Shown piece after piece: positions 1 through 7,291 of a stretch of DNA of 64,000 bases; position 1 is the stretch's first letter, and each line of letters opens with the position of its first letter. The stretch is from Planctomycetota bacterium (GTDB lineage Bacteria; Planctomycetota; Planctomycetia; Pirellulales; UBA1268): NCBI GenBank assembly GCA_037129495.1, contig JBAXUW010000002.1:5498-69497 (forward strand), read 5' to 3'. Below the pieces are notes generated by a model. It saw only the letters and a list, made by a program, of their open reading frames with translations, made no database searches and was not told where the DNA came from. Made by a program: the position numbers and the translations under genes.

Positions 1-17
1 GACAGTCCCACTCAATC

Positions 18-1442
18 ATGCCACCGTTTCAGACCCGTCTATCTGCTGTTGCGATCTGCCGTGCTGCAATGCCCGCCGGCCTCGCGCTGGCGATGCTCCT
101 GTACGGACCGGTCAGTCGCGCCATCGAATTTGAAATGGTCGATGCCGTCGCGCCGCCGGCCGCAGTAACTGCCGCAGAGCCGCGGAAAACAGGTGGCATG
201 TTCCTGCCCAGCAACGACGGCACCCGGCTCTGGCGGCAGACGCTCGCCACCGTGTCGGTCGACTGGCCGGTGGTGCGAACCGTGGAGCCCGACTTCCGCA
301 GCATGCCTCCGCGGGAAGGGGTGATCGAATCGGCCTGGATCGAACCACCAGCGGCGGCCCTCCCGGGCCGCCGCCTCCCCTCGACGGCTCAGGCCTGGCC
401 GCCGCGACGGCAACGGGTTGTTGTGCGTGTCGTGCCTGCGGTCAACGGCGCATGGATCGATGCGGTCGTAGAGACACAGTCCATTACGGATGCCTACGCC
501 ACGTCTCAGCCGGGCGGCGTGGAGTTGACCGGCGGCTGGCCGACGACGAGTGCTGGCAGCATCGGTGGCGATTCCACCAACATCACCACGACGCTGGCGG
601 CTCGGATGGCCACGTCGCCTGGAGGCGCAGCCGAGCCGATCTATTCGCTGCCCCCTCTGGAGGAGAATGTTTTTGGTGGCAGTGCGGTCGCTGAACCGCC
701 GTGGGTCAACAGCCAGTATCCGCGGCTGACCCGCACCGGCTACAAGGTGCTCGAAGACTACCGCAACTTCTATTCCTGCGAGAGCTTGGTCGGCGTTACG
801 GCGGCCTTTGGCGCTGGCGCGCTGATGGCCAACACCGGCTTCGACACGACGATGCAGAATGCTTGGCAACAGGGCGTCAGGCCCACCGACGTGGGCACCT
901 TCTTCTCTGACTGTAAGCCAATCGGTGAGGGAAAGTACGCCCTCGCGGTCTTCGGGGCCGCAGCGCTCACCGGGGTCGTTCTGGAAGGCCGTCCCTCCGG
1001 GGACATCATCGGCGAATGGGGCTCGCGGTCGCTGCGGATCTTTGCCGTGGGCGCGCCGCCGGTCTACCTGCTGCAGCTGGCCACCGGTGCTTCACGGCCA
1101 GCCGACAACAGTTCCGCCGGCAGCCAGTGGCACTTTTATAACGACAACAACGGTGTCAGCGGCCATGCCTTCGTGGGCGCGATTCCCTTCCTGGCCGCGG
1201 CCGAAATGGTGGAAAACCCACTGGCGAAGGGCACGCTCTACATCTGTTCGACATTTGTCGGCTTTTCGCGGATGAACGACAACGCCCATTACCCCTCGCA
1301 GATCTTTCTTGGCTGGTACTTGGCGTGGGCCAGTTCCATGGCTGTCAGCCGCACCGAGACGCACTTCGCCGGCATGGAGGTGCGGGTGGTGCCGCTGCCG
1401 ATCGCCGACCTGGGTGGGCTGGCCGTCGAGACGAAGTGGTGA
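18..1442 (+). CDS. Hypothetical exported/membrane protein with C-terminal PAP2-like (type-2 phosphatase/haloperoxidase superfamily) motifs
   Basis: 474-aa ORF. Hydrophobic signal-like N-terminus (AVAICRAAMPAGLALAMLLYGP). The C-terminal third has PAP2-style motifs (..SRP.., GVSGHAF, FSRMNDNAHYPSQ = SGH / SRx5H, with the final Asp replaced by Gln) between hydrophobic helices. The first ~300 aa have no motif I recognise. Confidence 0.45.
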   Translation: MPPFQTRLSAVAICRAAMPAGLALAMLLYGPVSRAIEFEMVDAVAPPAAVTAAEPRKTGGMFLPSNDGTRLWRQTLATVSVDWPVVRTVEPDFRSMPPREGVIESAWIEPPAAALPGRRLPSTAQAWPPRRQRVVVRVVPAVNGAWIDAVVETQSITDAYATSQPGGVELTGGWPTTSAGSIGGDSTNITTTLAARMATSPGGAAEPIYSLPPLEENVFGGSAVAEPPWVNSQYPRLTRTGYKVLEDYRNFYSCESLVGVTAAFGAGALMANTGFDTTMQNAWQQGVRPTDVGTFFSDCKPIGEGKYALAVFGAAALTGVVLEGRPSGDIIGEWGSRSLRIFAVGAPPVYLLQLATGASRPADNSSAGSQWHFYNDNNGVSGHAFVGAIPFLAAAEMVENPLAKGTLYICSTFVGFSRMNDNAHYPSQIFLGWYLAWASSMAVSRTETHFAGMEVRVVPLPIADLGGLAVETKW

Positions 1443-1566
1443 GCGGCATTCGCCGCAAGCGCCTGCCGGAGCGTATGATGCCCGCTCCCGATTCCCGCCG
1501 GGCTGTTCGGGCAGTATCATGATTCTTCATTTCCTTACATTACCTTCAAGAGCGGAGCAGTTTGCC

Positions 1567-2334
1567 ATGGCCAAGTCCTCAAAGATTGCGGTGTCGTCAG
1601 ATCGTCTGCGGAGCCTCTGTACGGCAGCGGAGCGCAGGTTGCTTGACGCCAGCGAGCGGCTTTCCAAGATTGCCCATGCCGACGCGCAGATCCTGCTCAA
1701 GCAGGTGCGGGAGACCCGCGACAAGTGGCGTGATCTGCTGGGCAAGCAGAGCCGCGCCGTGAAGCGTTCGCCAAAGGAGGTCTCTGAGGCCAACGTTCGC
1801 AGTGATTCGAAGGCCGACCTCTTTCACGCCGCTGTGCAGCGGATCGAGTCGCATCTCAAGTCCCTTGGTTCGGCGGTCGCAAGCGTTGCCAAGTCGGTGT
1901 TGAAGTCGCCTGCTGCCCGAAAGCCTGGCCTGAAACGCGCACGTGTCGCCGGCCATCGGACGGCGCGGGCCGGCCTGCGGGCGGAACTCGCGGGTAAGGT
2001 CGCCACGCTGAACCGTGCGATCGCGAAACCGGCAGCCAAGCCCGTCGCGTCGAAGCCCGTCGTGCTGACCTCGCAGCCGGCCGTCGCCGTGGGCTCTCCG
2101 GGAGCGGTGAAGACCGTCGGCACTTCGAAGGCCACGTCGAAGAAGCGGATGCAGCCGCCGGCGAAGGCTTTGGCTGCCGCACAGGCGATCCGTTTCGACG
2201 CCGCAAAACAGCGGACGGCGCGGACTGCAGCGAAGAACTCCCGCCTCAAGGTGGAGGGTTTGGCGACCCGCAGGGCGAGCCACACGATCGCCGCCGGTAA
2301 GCGTTCACAGGCCCGCCGCGACAAGCGGCGGTAG
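1567..2334 (+). CDS. Lys/Ala/Arg-rich basic hypothetical protein (histone-H1-like composition)
   Basis: ATG at 1567 (MAKSSKIAVS..) inside the longer 1309..2334 ORF, which overlaps the upstream gene. 255 aa. Predicted helical N-terminus followed by a low-complexity AKPAAKPVASKP / KATSKKR tail ending in RRDKRR. Confidence 0.5.
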   Translation: MAKSSKIAVSSDRLRSLCTAAERRLLDASERLSKIAHADAQILLKQVRETRDKWRDLLGKQSRAVKRSPKEVSEANVRSDSKADLFHAAVQRIESHLKSLGSAVASVAKSVLKSPAARKPGLKRARVAGHRTARAGLRAELAGKVATLNRAIAKPAAKPVASKPVVLTSQPAVAVGSPGAVKTVGTSKATSKKRMQPPAKALAAAQAIRFDAAKQRTARTAAKNSRLKVEGLATRRASHTIAAGKRSQARRDKRR

Positions 2335-2350
2335 GCCGCCGGTAGATCGC

Positions 2351-2465
2351 GATCGGCTCTAGGATCGGCTTTAGGATCGGCTCTAGGATCGGCTCTAGGA
2401 TCAACTCTAGGATCAACTCTAGGATCAACTCTAGGATCAACTCTAGGATCAACTCTAGGATCGGC
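2351..2465. repeat. 12-bp tandem repeat (minisatellite), about 9.5 copies in two sequence subtypes
   Basis: Read directly: (GATCGGCTCTAG)x4, one copy with a C>T change, then (GATCAACTCTAG)x5, then a partial GATCGGC. Every unit carries both a GATC and a CTAG palindrome. Confidence 0.95.
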
Positions 2466-2918
2466 ACCGGGCAGGCCTATTTCGCGGGACGACGGGATCT
2501 CACGGAAGAGCAATCTGCCCGCTGCCGGGCCGATCCGCTCGGAACCATCCGTCGCAACGGTGACCAGGTTGCGGTCTGGAATCCAGCGATCACCACGGAG
2601 CAACCGCTGTATTGGTTGGCGGCGGTGGGGGTTCTCATGATCCCGCGCGCCGCTTTTTACGATCTCGGCGGCTACGACGAACGGAACATCTTCTACAACC
2701 GCATGGAGCACGAGTTCATTCTTCGGCTGAAGCAGGTCACCACCGTCACGAATATCGGGCCGCAGCTGGAGTACGACTTCTATCACCAGTTCCATGCAGT
2801 GCGTCGCAACGCAAAAGAGAACCCGCAGTTTCACTCTGCCGAGAAGAGGGTGTGGAACATTCGTCCCAATGGGAGCGAGTGGGGCCTGTTGGCGCTCTCC
2901 GCATCGTGCTGCAGGTAG
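2466..2918 (+). pseudogene. Probable remnant (C-terminal half) of a family-2 glycosyltransferase
   Basis: The frame is open from 2346 through the repeat. The translation ..PLYWLAAVGVLMIPRAAFYDLGGYDERNIFYNRMEHEFILRLKQ.. matches the GT2 pattern (G..mlirR..f..vGGfDe.ff.y.ED.dl..Rl). No N-terminal DxD/nucleotide-binding half is present and there is no credible start. Confidence 0.35.
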
Positions 2919-3215
2919 CCGTGGATCGGCCGGACGACCGACCAGCCGTCCTTGAGATGGGCGGAGAGCACTGGGTCGGCCCGATGGTCCGCGACGACGT
3001 CGCGCACATACGCGTCCGCCGTCATGCTCGTGGCTACGGCCCCGTAGCCGGGCAGGCGGCTCGCTCCCACCATCCGCCACAGTCGCTCCTCGATTACCAG
3101 CTGTCTCGTCGCGTCGGTGAGCGCGTGGGCCAGCCCGTGGTGCTGATGATCGGGCCGATTGCGGCGAAGTCGGCCGGTTGCATCAGTCGAATACGGTAGT
3201 CGGAAGGGGGCACGG
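2831..3215 (-). pseudogene. Possible GNAT-type acyltransferase C-terminal fragment
   Basis: Minus-strand ORF 2831..3292. The segments ..PDHQHHGLAHALTDATRQLVIEE.. (GNAT motif-A-like) and ..DPVLSAHLKDGWSVVRPIHGYLQHDAES resemble GNAT C-termini. The N-terminal half is missing or non-homologous. It overlaps the GT2 remnant at the 3' end and the upstream small ORF at the 5' end. Confidence 0.25.
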
Positions 3216-3545
3216 CTACCTCCGCCAACGGTTGCGCCACCTGCTGGGTCGCGTGGCAGGGGCGGGGGTGGCCACCGCACCGCCTGCGGCATCTTCAGCG
3301 GCTTGGCCTGCGGGAGCCTGCCAGGCCGAGGGTGCCGCGAACCGGTTTGACCGCGGCGCCGGGTTCACCTCGGCGCGATACCGCCGGGAGGTGTTTCTGT
3401 CGTGCGACTTCTCGATCTCCAGGATTCCGAAGTAGGGGTCGGGATACTGCCAGTCGTTTTGGGCCTGCGACGGTCTTGGGGTCGACGCCACGGCGGCAGT
3501 TACGATCAGACCGACCGCGATGGAGAACAGTCGCACGCGTTGCAT
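3216..3545 (-). CDS. Small secreted hypothetical protein
   Basis: 109 aa. Clear signal peptide (MQRVRLFSIAVGLIVTAAVASTPRPSQAQ). Lies 45 bp downstream of aroB on the same strand. Confidence 0.4.
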   Translation of the reverse strand: MQRVRLFSIAVGLIVTAAVASTPRPSQAQNDWQYPDPYFGILEIEKSHDRNTSRRYRAEVNPAPRSNRFAAPSAWQAPAGQAAEDAAGGAVATPAPATRPSRWRNRWRR

Positions 3546-3590
3546 AGCAGAGGCACCTTGGAAGCGTGGGAAGAGGAGAGGATCAAACGC

Positions 3591-4709
3591 TCAGCGGTTG
3601 AGGATCGACCGCACCAGCGCGGGTTCGACACCATCGACCAGTTCGACATGGCCGATCCGCGTGGGTAAGACAAATCGGAGTCGGCCACCGACAGTCTTCT
3701 TGTCGCGGGCCATGGTGTTGAGCAGCGCGGCGGTTGAAAACGTCGCTTCCGCGGACACTTTTACCGGCAGGTGGCAGGCCTCGAGAAGACGCTGCTGCCG
3801 TAGAACAGTAGCTGCGTCGATCCGTCCGAGCGCATGGGCCAGAGCGGCGGCATCGGCCATACCGATCGCCACGGCTTCGCCATGCAGCAGCGTGCCGTAG
3901 CCAGCGGCGGTCTCGTAGGCATGGGCGAACGTGTGGCCGTAGTTGAGAATGGCTCGCAGGCCGGTGATTTCCCGCTCGTCCTGCGCTACGACGCGGGCCT
4001 TGAGTTCGACCGAGCGGCCGACCAGATGCCGGAGGGCGTGCGATTGCCGGTCGAGAATTGCCGCGATGTTGGCTTCCAGCCAGTCGAAAAACAGGGCATC
4101 GAGGATCATCCCGTATTTGACGACCTCCGCGAGACCACTTCGGAATTCACGGTCGGGCAAGGTGGCCAGCGTATCGACATCGGCGAACACGCCGCGGGGC
4201 TGCCAGAAACTCCCGACAAGGTTTTTGCCGGCGTCGAGATTGATCCCGGTCTTGCCGCCGATGGCGCTATCCACCTGGGCCACGAGCGTGGTCGGCACAT
4301 GCCAGACCGAGAGCCCGCGACCGAACGTCGCGGCCGCGAAGCCAGACAGATCGCCCACCACTCCGCCGCCGACGCCGATCACGTGCGTGTGGCGATCGAT
4401 CGCCAGCCGGGCCATTTCGTTCCAAAGCCACTGAAGCTGGAGGACCGACTTGGAGGCCTCGCCCGACGGCACGACAAGCGTGGCGACATCCATGCCGGCG
4501 GCCTGCAGCGAGACGACAACGGCGGCGGCGTGTGAGGCGGCCACGGCTGCATCGGTGATCACGACCACCCGCTTCGCGCCAGAGGCGGCGACCTTGAGCC
4601 CGAGGCTCCCGAGCATGCCGCTGCCCACGACTACTAAATACGACCGGTCTACCGCGGTGGCTTCGGCCGGAAGAGCGACGCTCATAGTGGCGGTGTCTGA
4701 CAACAGCAC
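3591..4709 (-). CDS. aroB: 3-dehydroquinate synthase
   Basis: 372 aa. Diagnostic segments are GVGGGVVGDLSGFAAATFGRGLSVWHVPTTLVAQVDSAIGGKTGINL and GKNLVGSFWQP, plus the HGHTFAH/HGEAVAIG metal-binding motifs. Confidence 0.93.
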   Translation of the reverse strand: MLLSDTATMSVALPAEATAVDRSYLVVVGSGMLGSLGLKVAASGAKRVVVITDAAVAASHAAAVVVSLQAAGMDVATLVVPSGEASKSVLQLQWLWNEMARLAIDRHTHVIGVGGGVVGDLSGFAAATFGRGLSVWHVPTTLVAQVDSAIGGKTGINLDAGKNLVGSFWQPRGVFADVDTLATLPDREFRSGLAEVVKYGMILDALFFDWLEANIAAILDRQSHALRHLVGRSVELKARVVAQDEREITGLRAILNYGHTFAHAYETAAGYGTLLHGEAVAIGMADAAALAHALGRIDAATVLRQQRLLEACHLPVKVSAEATFSTAALLNTMARDKKTVGGRLRFVLPTRIGHVELVDGVEPALVRSILNR

Positions 4710-4728
4710 GGTTCTCGCCAGCGGCGGT

Positions 4729-4956
4729 TTAGGCCACGCTCACGCGGTCGAGATCGGCGGGAGTAACGGTGATGATCCGGGCGAAGCCCGTGTGCTGTCG
4801 CAGGTAGTCGAGTTCGGCGGCTTCCTGTGGCGCGGCATGCAGGAGCGCCTCGACGCGGGTCTTGTCGGCCTCCGACCAGTCTTCGCAGTCATCCGGCCAG
4901 GTAGTGTGATGCTCGATGACGAGGGCTTCGCGATAGGGATCAAACGCGTTCGGCAT
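4729..4956 (-). CDS. Small acidic hypothetical protein (75 aa)
   Basis: ATG at 4956 (MPNAFDPYREALVIEHH..) within ORF 4729..5073. Ends 20 bp upstream of aroB on the same strand. GAGG sits about 8 nt upstream of the start. Confidence 0.4.
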   Translation of the reverse strand: MPNAFDPYREALVIEHHTTWPDDCEDWSEADKTRVEALLHAAPQEAAELDYLRQHTGFARIITVTPADLDRVSVA

Positions 4957-4969
4957 GCGTGGCCACCTC

Positions 4970-4995
4970 GGGGAAACAGACTGGGGAAACAGGCT
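4970..4995. repeat. 13-bp direct tandem repeat x2 in a divergent promoter / 5' UTR region
   Basis: GGGGAAACAGACT followed by GGGGAAACAGGCT, 14-40 nt upstream of the 4956 start codon (minus strand). Confidence 0.6.
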
Positions 4996-5126
4996 GGAGT
5001 GCGGACTGAAAAACCGTGTAGAAAAATAGCGGCGTCGTTGGCCGTTTGAGCTGGCCGTTATCTCGGCGAGCATAAAGTATACATTCTAACTTCGTCTCAT
5101 GCGGTCGGCCGAAAGGATCAGCTTGG

Positions 5127-5741
5127 ATGTCTCGACCACCACCGTTCCAGACCAGCCCAAGCCCAGCCAGCCGAACCGTCGGTTCTGATGCTCCCTCTGC
5201 TGCGGGCACGTGGCTCGTGGTGGGGCTCGTGCTCCTGGGGTTGACGGCGGCTGCGACGGGCATCTGGTTTCAGTGGCAGCAGACCCGGCGGTGTCTCGAT
5301 TTCTACGGGCCCGTGGCGGCCCGGCGAATCTCCAAAGCCCCGCTGGTGGAGCTGCTGCTCCTGAGGCCAGGCACGGGTGTGGGTCGAATGGCGGCCCACA
5401 CGCGGGTCGACGTTTCGCAGGCTTTGGGCCTGATTCACCTCCGCCGGGGATTGGTTGAGGATGCCAACTTTGTCTGGGCGGATGGGGAGGCAACTGCCGG
5501 CCCGCCGCCGGCCGCAAGACTACCGGCCGCAGCCTGGGATGTAGCACTCGTCTTCAGCGAATCGGCTGCGGAAGCCGCCGGCCGCACAACACTCGTCATC
5601 GACTTCGATCGGCAGGAGGGGGCCTTGGCGACGGTGGGGCAGCCGGGGCGAATCAGGCTGGGCAGGATCGGCACCGGCCTGGAAAAGTGGATCAACTCAA
5701 CGCTCTCGCAGCTCCCAAACCCCGAAAAACCGGGCTTTTGA
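5127..5741 (+). CDS. Hypothetical single-pass membrane protein
   Basis: 204 aa. One transmembrane helix (WLVVGLVLLGLTAAATGIWF). Codon usage looks like neighbouring genes. Lies immediately upstream of the ParA-like gene. Confidence 0.5.
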   Translation: MSRPPPFQTSPSPASRTVGSDAPSAAGTWLVVGLVLLGLTAAATGIWFQWQQTRRCLDFYGPVAARRISKAPLVELLLLRPGTGVGRMAAHTRVDVSQALGLIHLRRGLVEDANFVWADGEATAGPPPAARLPAAAWDVALVFSESAAEAAGRTTLVIDFDRQEGALATVGQPGRIRLGRIGTGLEKWINSTLSQLPNPEKPGF

Positions 5742-5826
5742 GGCACGCCGGTGGGGCCTATCCTCCCCGACCTCGGTCGACCCTTTTGTCGATCCTGCTG
5801 CCGAAATTTTGGCTATGAGGTTTTTT

Positions 5827-6684
5827 ATGCGATCCATTGCCGTGGCCAATCAAAAAGGTGGCGTTGGTAAGACCACCACGTCGGTGAACCTGGCCGTGGC
5901 CCTCGCCCGGGCAGGCCGGCGGGTCTGCCTCGTCGACCTCGATCCGCAGGCGCATGCCACGCTCCACGCGGGCGTGATGCCGGGATCGTACTCCACGTCT
6001 GCATATGACGTGCTCGTGTCGGGTCAGCCGTTGGCGACAGCCATCGTGCCCGCTGGCAAGAACCTCTGCGTTGTTCCCTCTCACATCGATCTTTCCGCGG
6101 TCGAGATGGCACTGGCGGCTCGCAGCGGCCGGGAGTTGATCCTGCGACAGCGGATCGAGGCCGACCCGCGGTGCACGCCGGGGGCATTTGCTGCCGACGG
6201 CGCTGAGCCGTTTGATTACATGGTGATTGACTGCCCACCTTCGCTGGGCCTACTGTCGCTCAACGCCATGGCCGCGGTGGACGAGGTGCTCCTGCCGCTC
6301 CAGCCCCATTTTCTAGCGTTGCATGGACTCAGCAAACTGCTCGAAACGATCGAACTGGTCGCTGAGCATGTGAATCCGCGGCTGCGGCTGCTCGGCGTGG
6401 TGCTCTGTATGTATGAGGCGGGCACGCGTCTGGCGGGGGAAGTAGGCCGTGACGTGCAGGCGTTTTTCGGATCAGCTGAGCAGCGGCATCCGGCCTGGGG
6501 CTCAGCGCAGGTCTTCCAGACCAAGGTACGCCGTAATATCCGGCTGGCCGAGGCGCCGAGCTTCGGGCAGTCGATCTTCGACTATGCACCCGACTCATAT
6601 GGCGCCGCCGACTATGCGGCATTGGCCGCCGAAATCGATCAGGCTGCCGCGGTGGTGCGAGAGCCTCTCCGGCGGGTCGCCTGA
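5827..6684 (+). CDS. ParA/Soj/MinD-family ATPase (orphan; no parB adjacent)
   Basis: Deviant Walker A motif in MRSIAVANQKGGVGKTTTSVNLAVALA, then CLVDLDPQAHAT and MVIDCPPSLG. Alternative starts at 5809 (TTG) and 5815 (ATG). Confidence 0.9.
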   Translation: MRSIAVANQKGGVGKTTTSVNLAVALARAGRRVCLVDLDPQAHATLHAGVMPGSYSTSAYDVLVSGQPLATAIVPAGKNLCVVPSHIDLSAVEMALAARSGRELILRQRIEADPRCTPGAFAADGAEPFDYMVIDCPPSLGLLSLNAMAAVDEVLLPLQPHFLALHGLSKLLETIELVAEHVNPRLRLLGVVLCMYEAGTRLAGEVGRDVQAFFGSAEQRHPAWGSAQVFQTKVRRNIRLAEAPSFGQSIFDYAPDSYGAADYAALAAEIDQAAAVVREPLRRVA

Positions 6685-7291
6685 CCAGCCCGCAGGAACC
6701 GCTCAAGAACGCCCGGCCGCCGTTCGGAATCGCCGCCCTCGGTGGTGGTGACCGAGCTAGTGTCTACGGCGCCAGTATCAAAAACCGGCGAGGTGTCCGG
6801 CGAGGTGTAGAGTTCGGGCATCCACCAGTACCGAGACTCGCAGAGGTCGACGCCCGCGAGAATCCCCGTGGTGTCATAATCCTCCGCGGAGGGAAAAAAT
6901 CCACTGGCTCCCAACAAACGCCCATCAAATCCGCCGGCCGTCTGCGACGGGGCGGAAGACAAGGGAGGTTGCAGACGGTTTCGTTCCAGCATGGTCGGGT
7001 CAGATGCCGAAAGGCGTGGGAGGCAGGAGCGTGGGGGCTTGGAGTCAGAACGATGTTTGATCGCGGGGAGTGTCTTTCGAAAAGCAGCGGCAGCGAAGGC
7101 CAATTTTCTGGAGAAGATCAGACTTTTGCCATCACCTAGGTTCGTCCGGCAACGGCCCCGTTCATAAATATTCTGCTTCAGGGACTCTGGGTAGGCAAGG
7201 AGGCTTGCGCAATTTGTTGAAAATTTGTCGGCAGTGGGCTGGAAGAGCATTTTTTAGGTAGAATTTGGCTCAGAAAATCAGCCCTCAAAAA

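Noticed and set aside
2351-2465. Whether the 12-bp array (and the 9-bp array at 48652-48687) could be CRISPR arrays.
   Set aside because: The units are directly adjacent with no unique spacers, are far shorter than CRISPR repeats, and no cas genes are present.
6639-6992. 117-aa minus-strand ORF (MLERNRLQPP...; up to 203 aa if extended to 7250), convergent with the ParA-like gene and overlapping it by 46 nt.
   Set aside because: It has no motif, signal or ribosome-binding context. It overlaps the ParA 3' end, and its upstream extension runs through AT-rich, apparently non-coding DNA. It could be real but I cannot support it.
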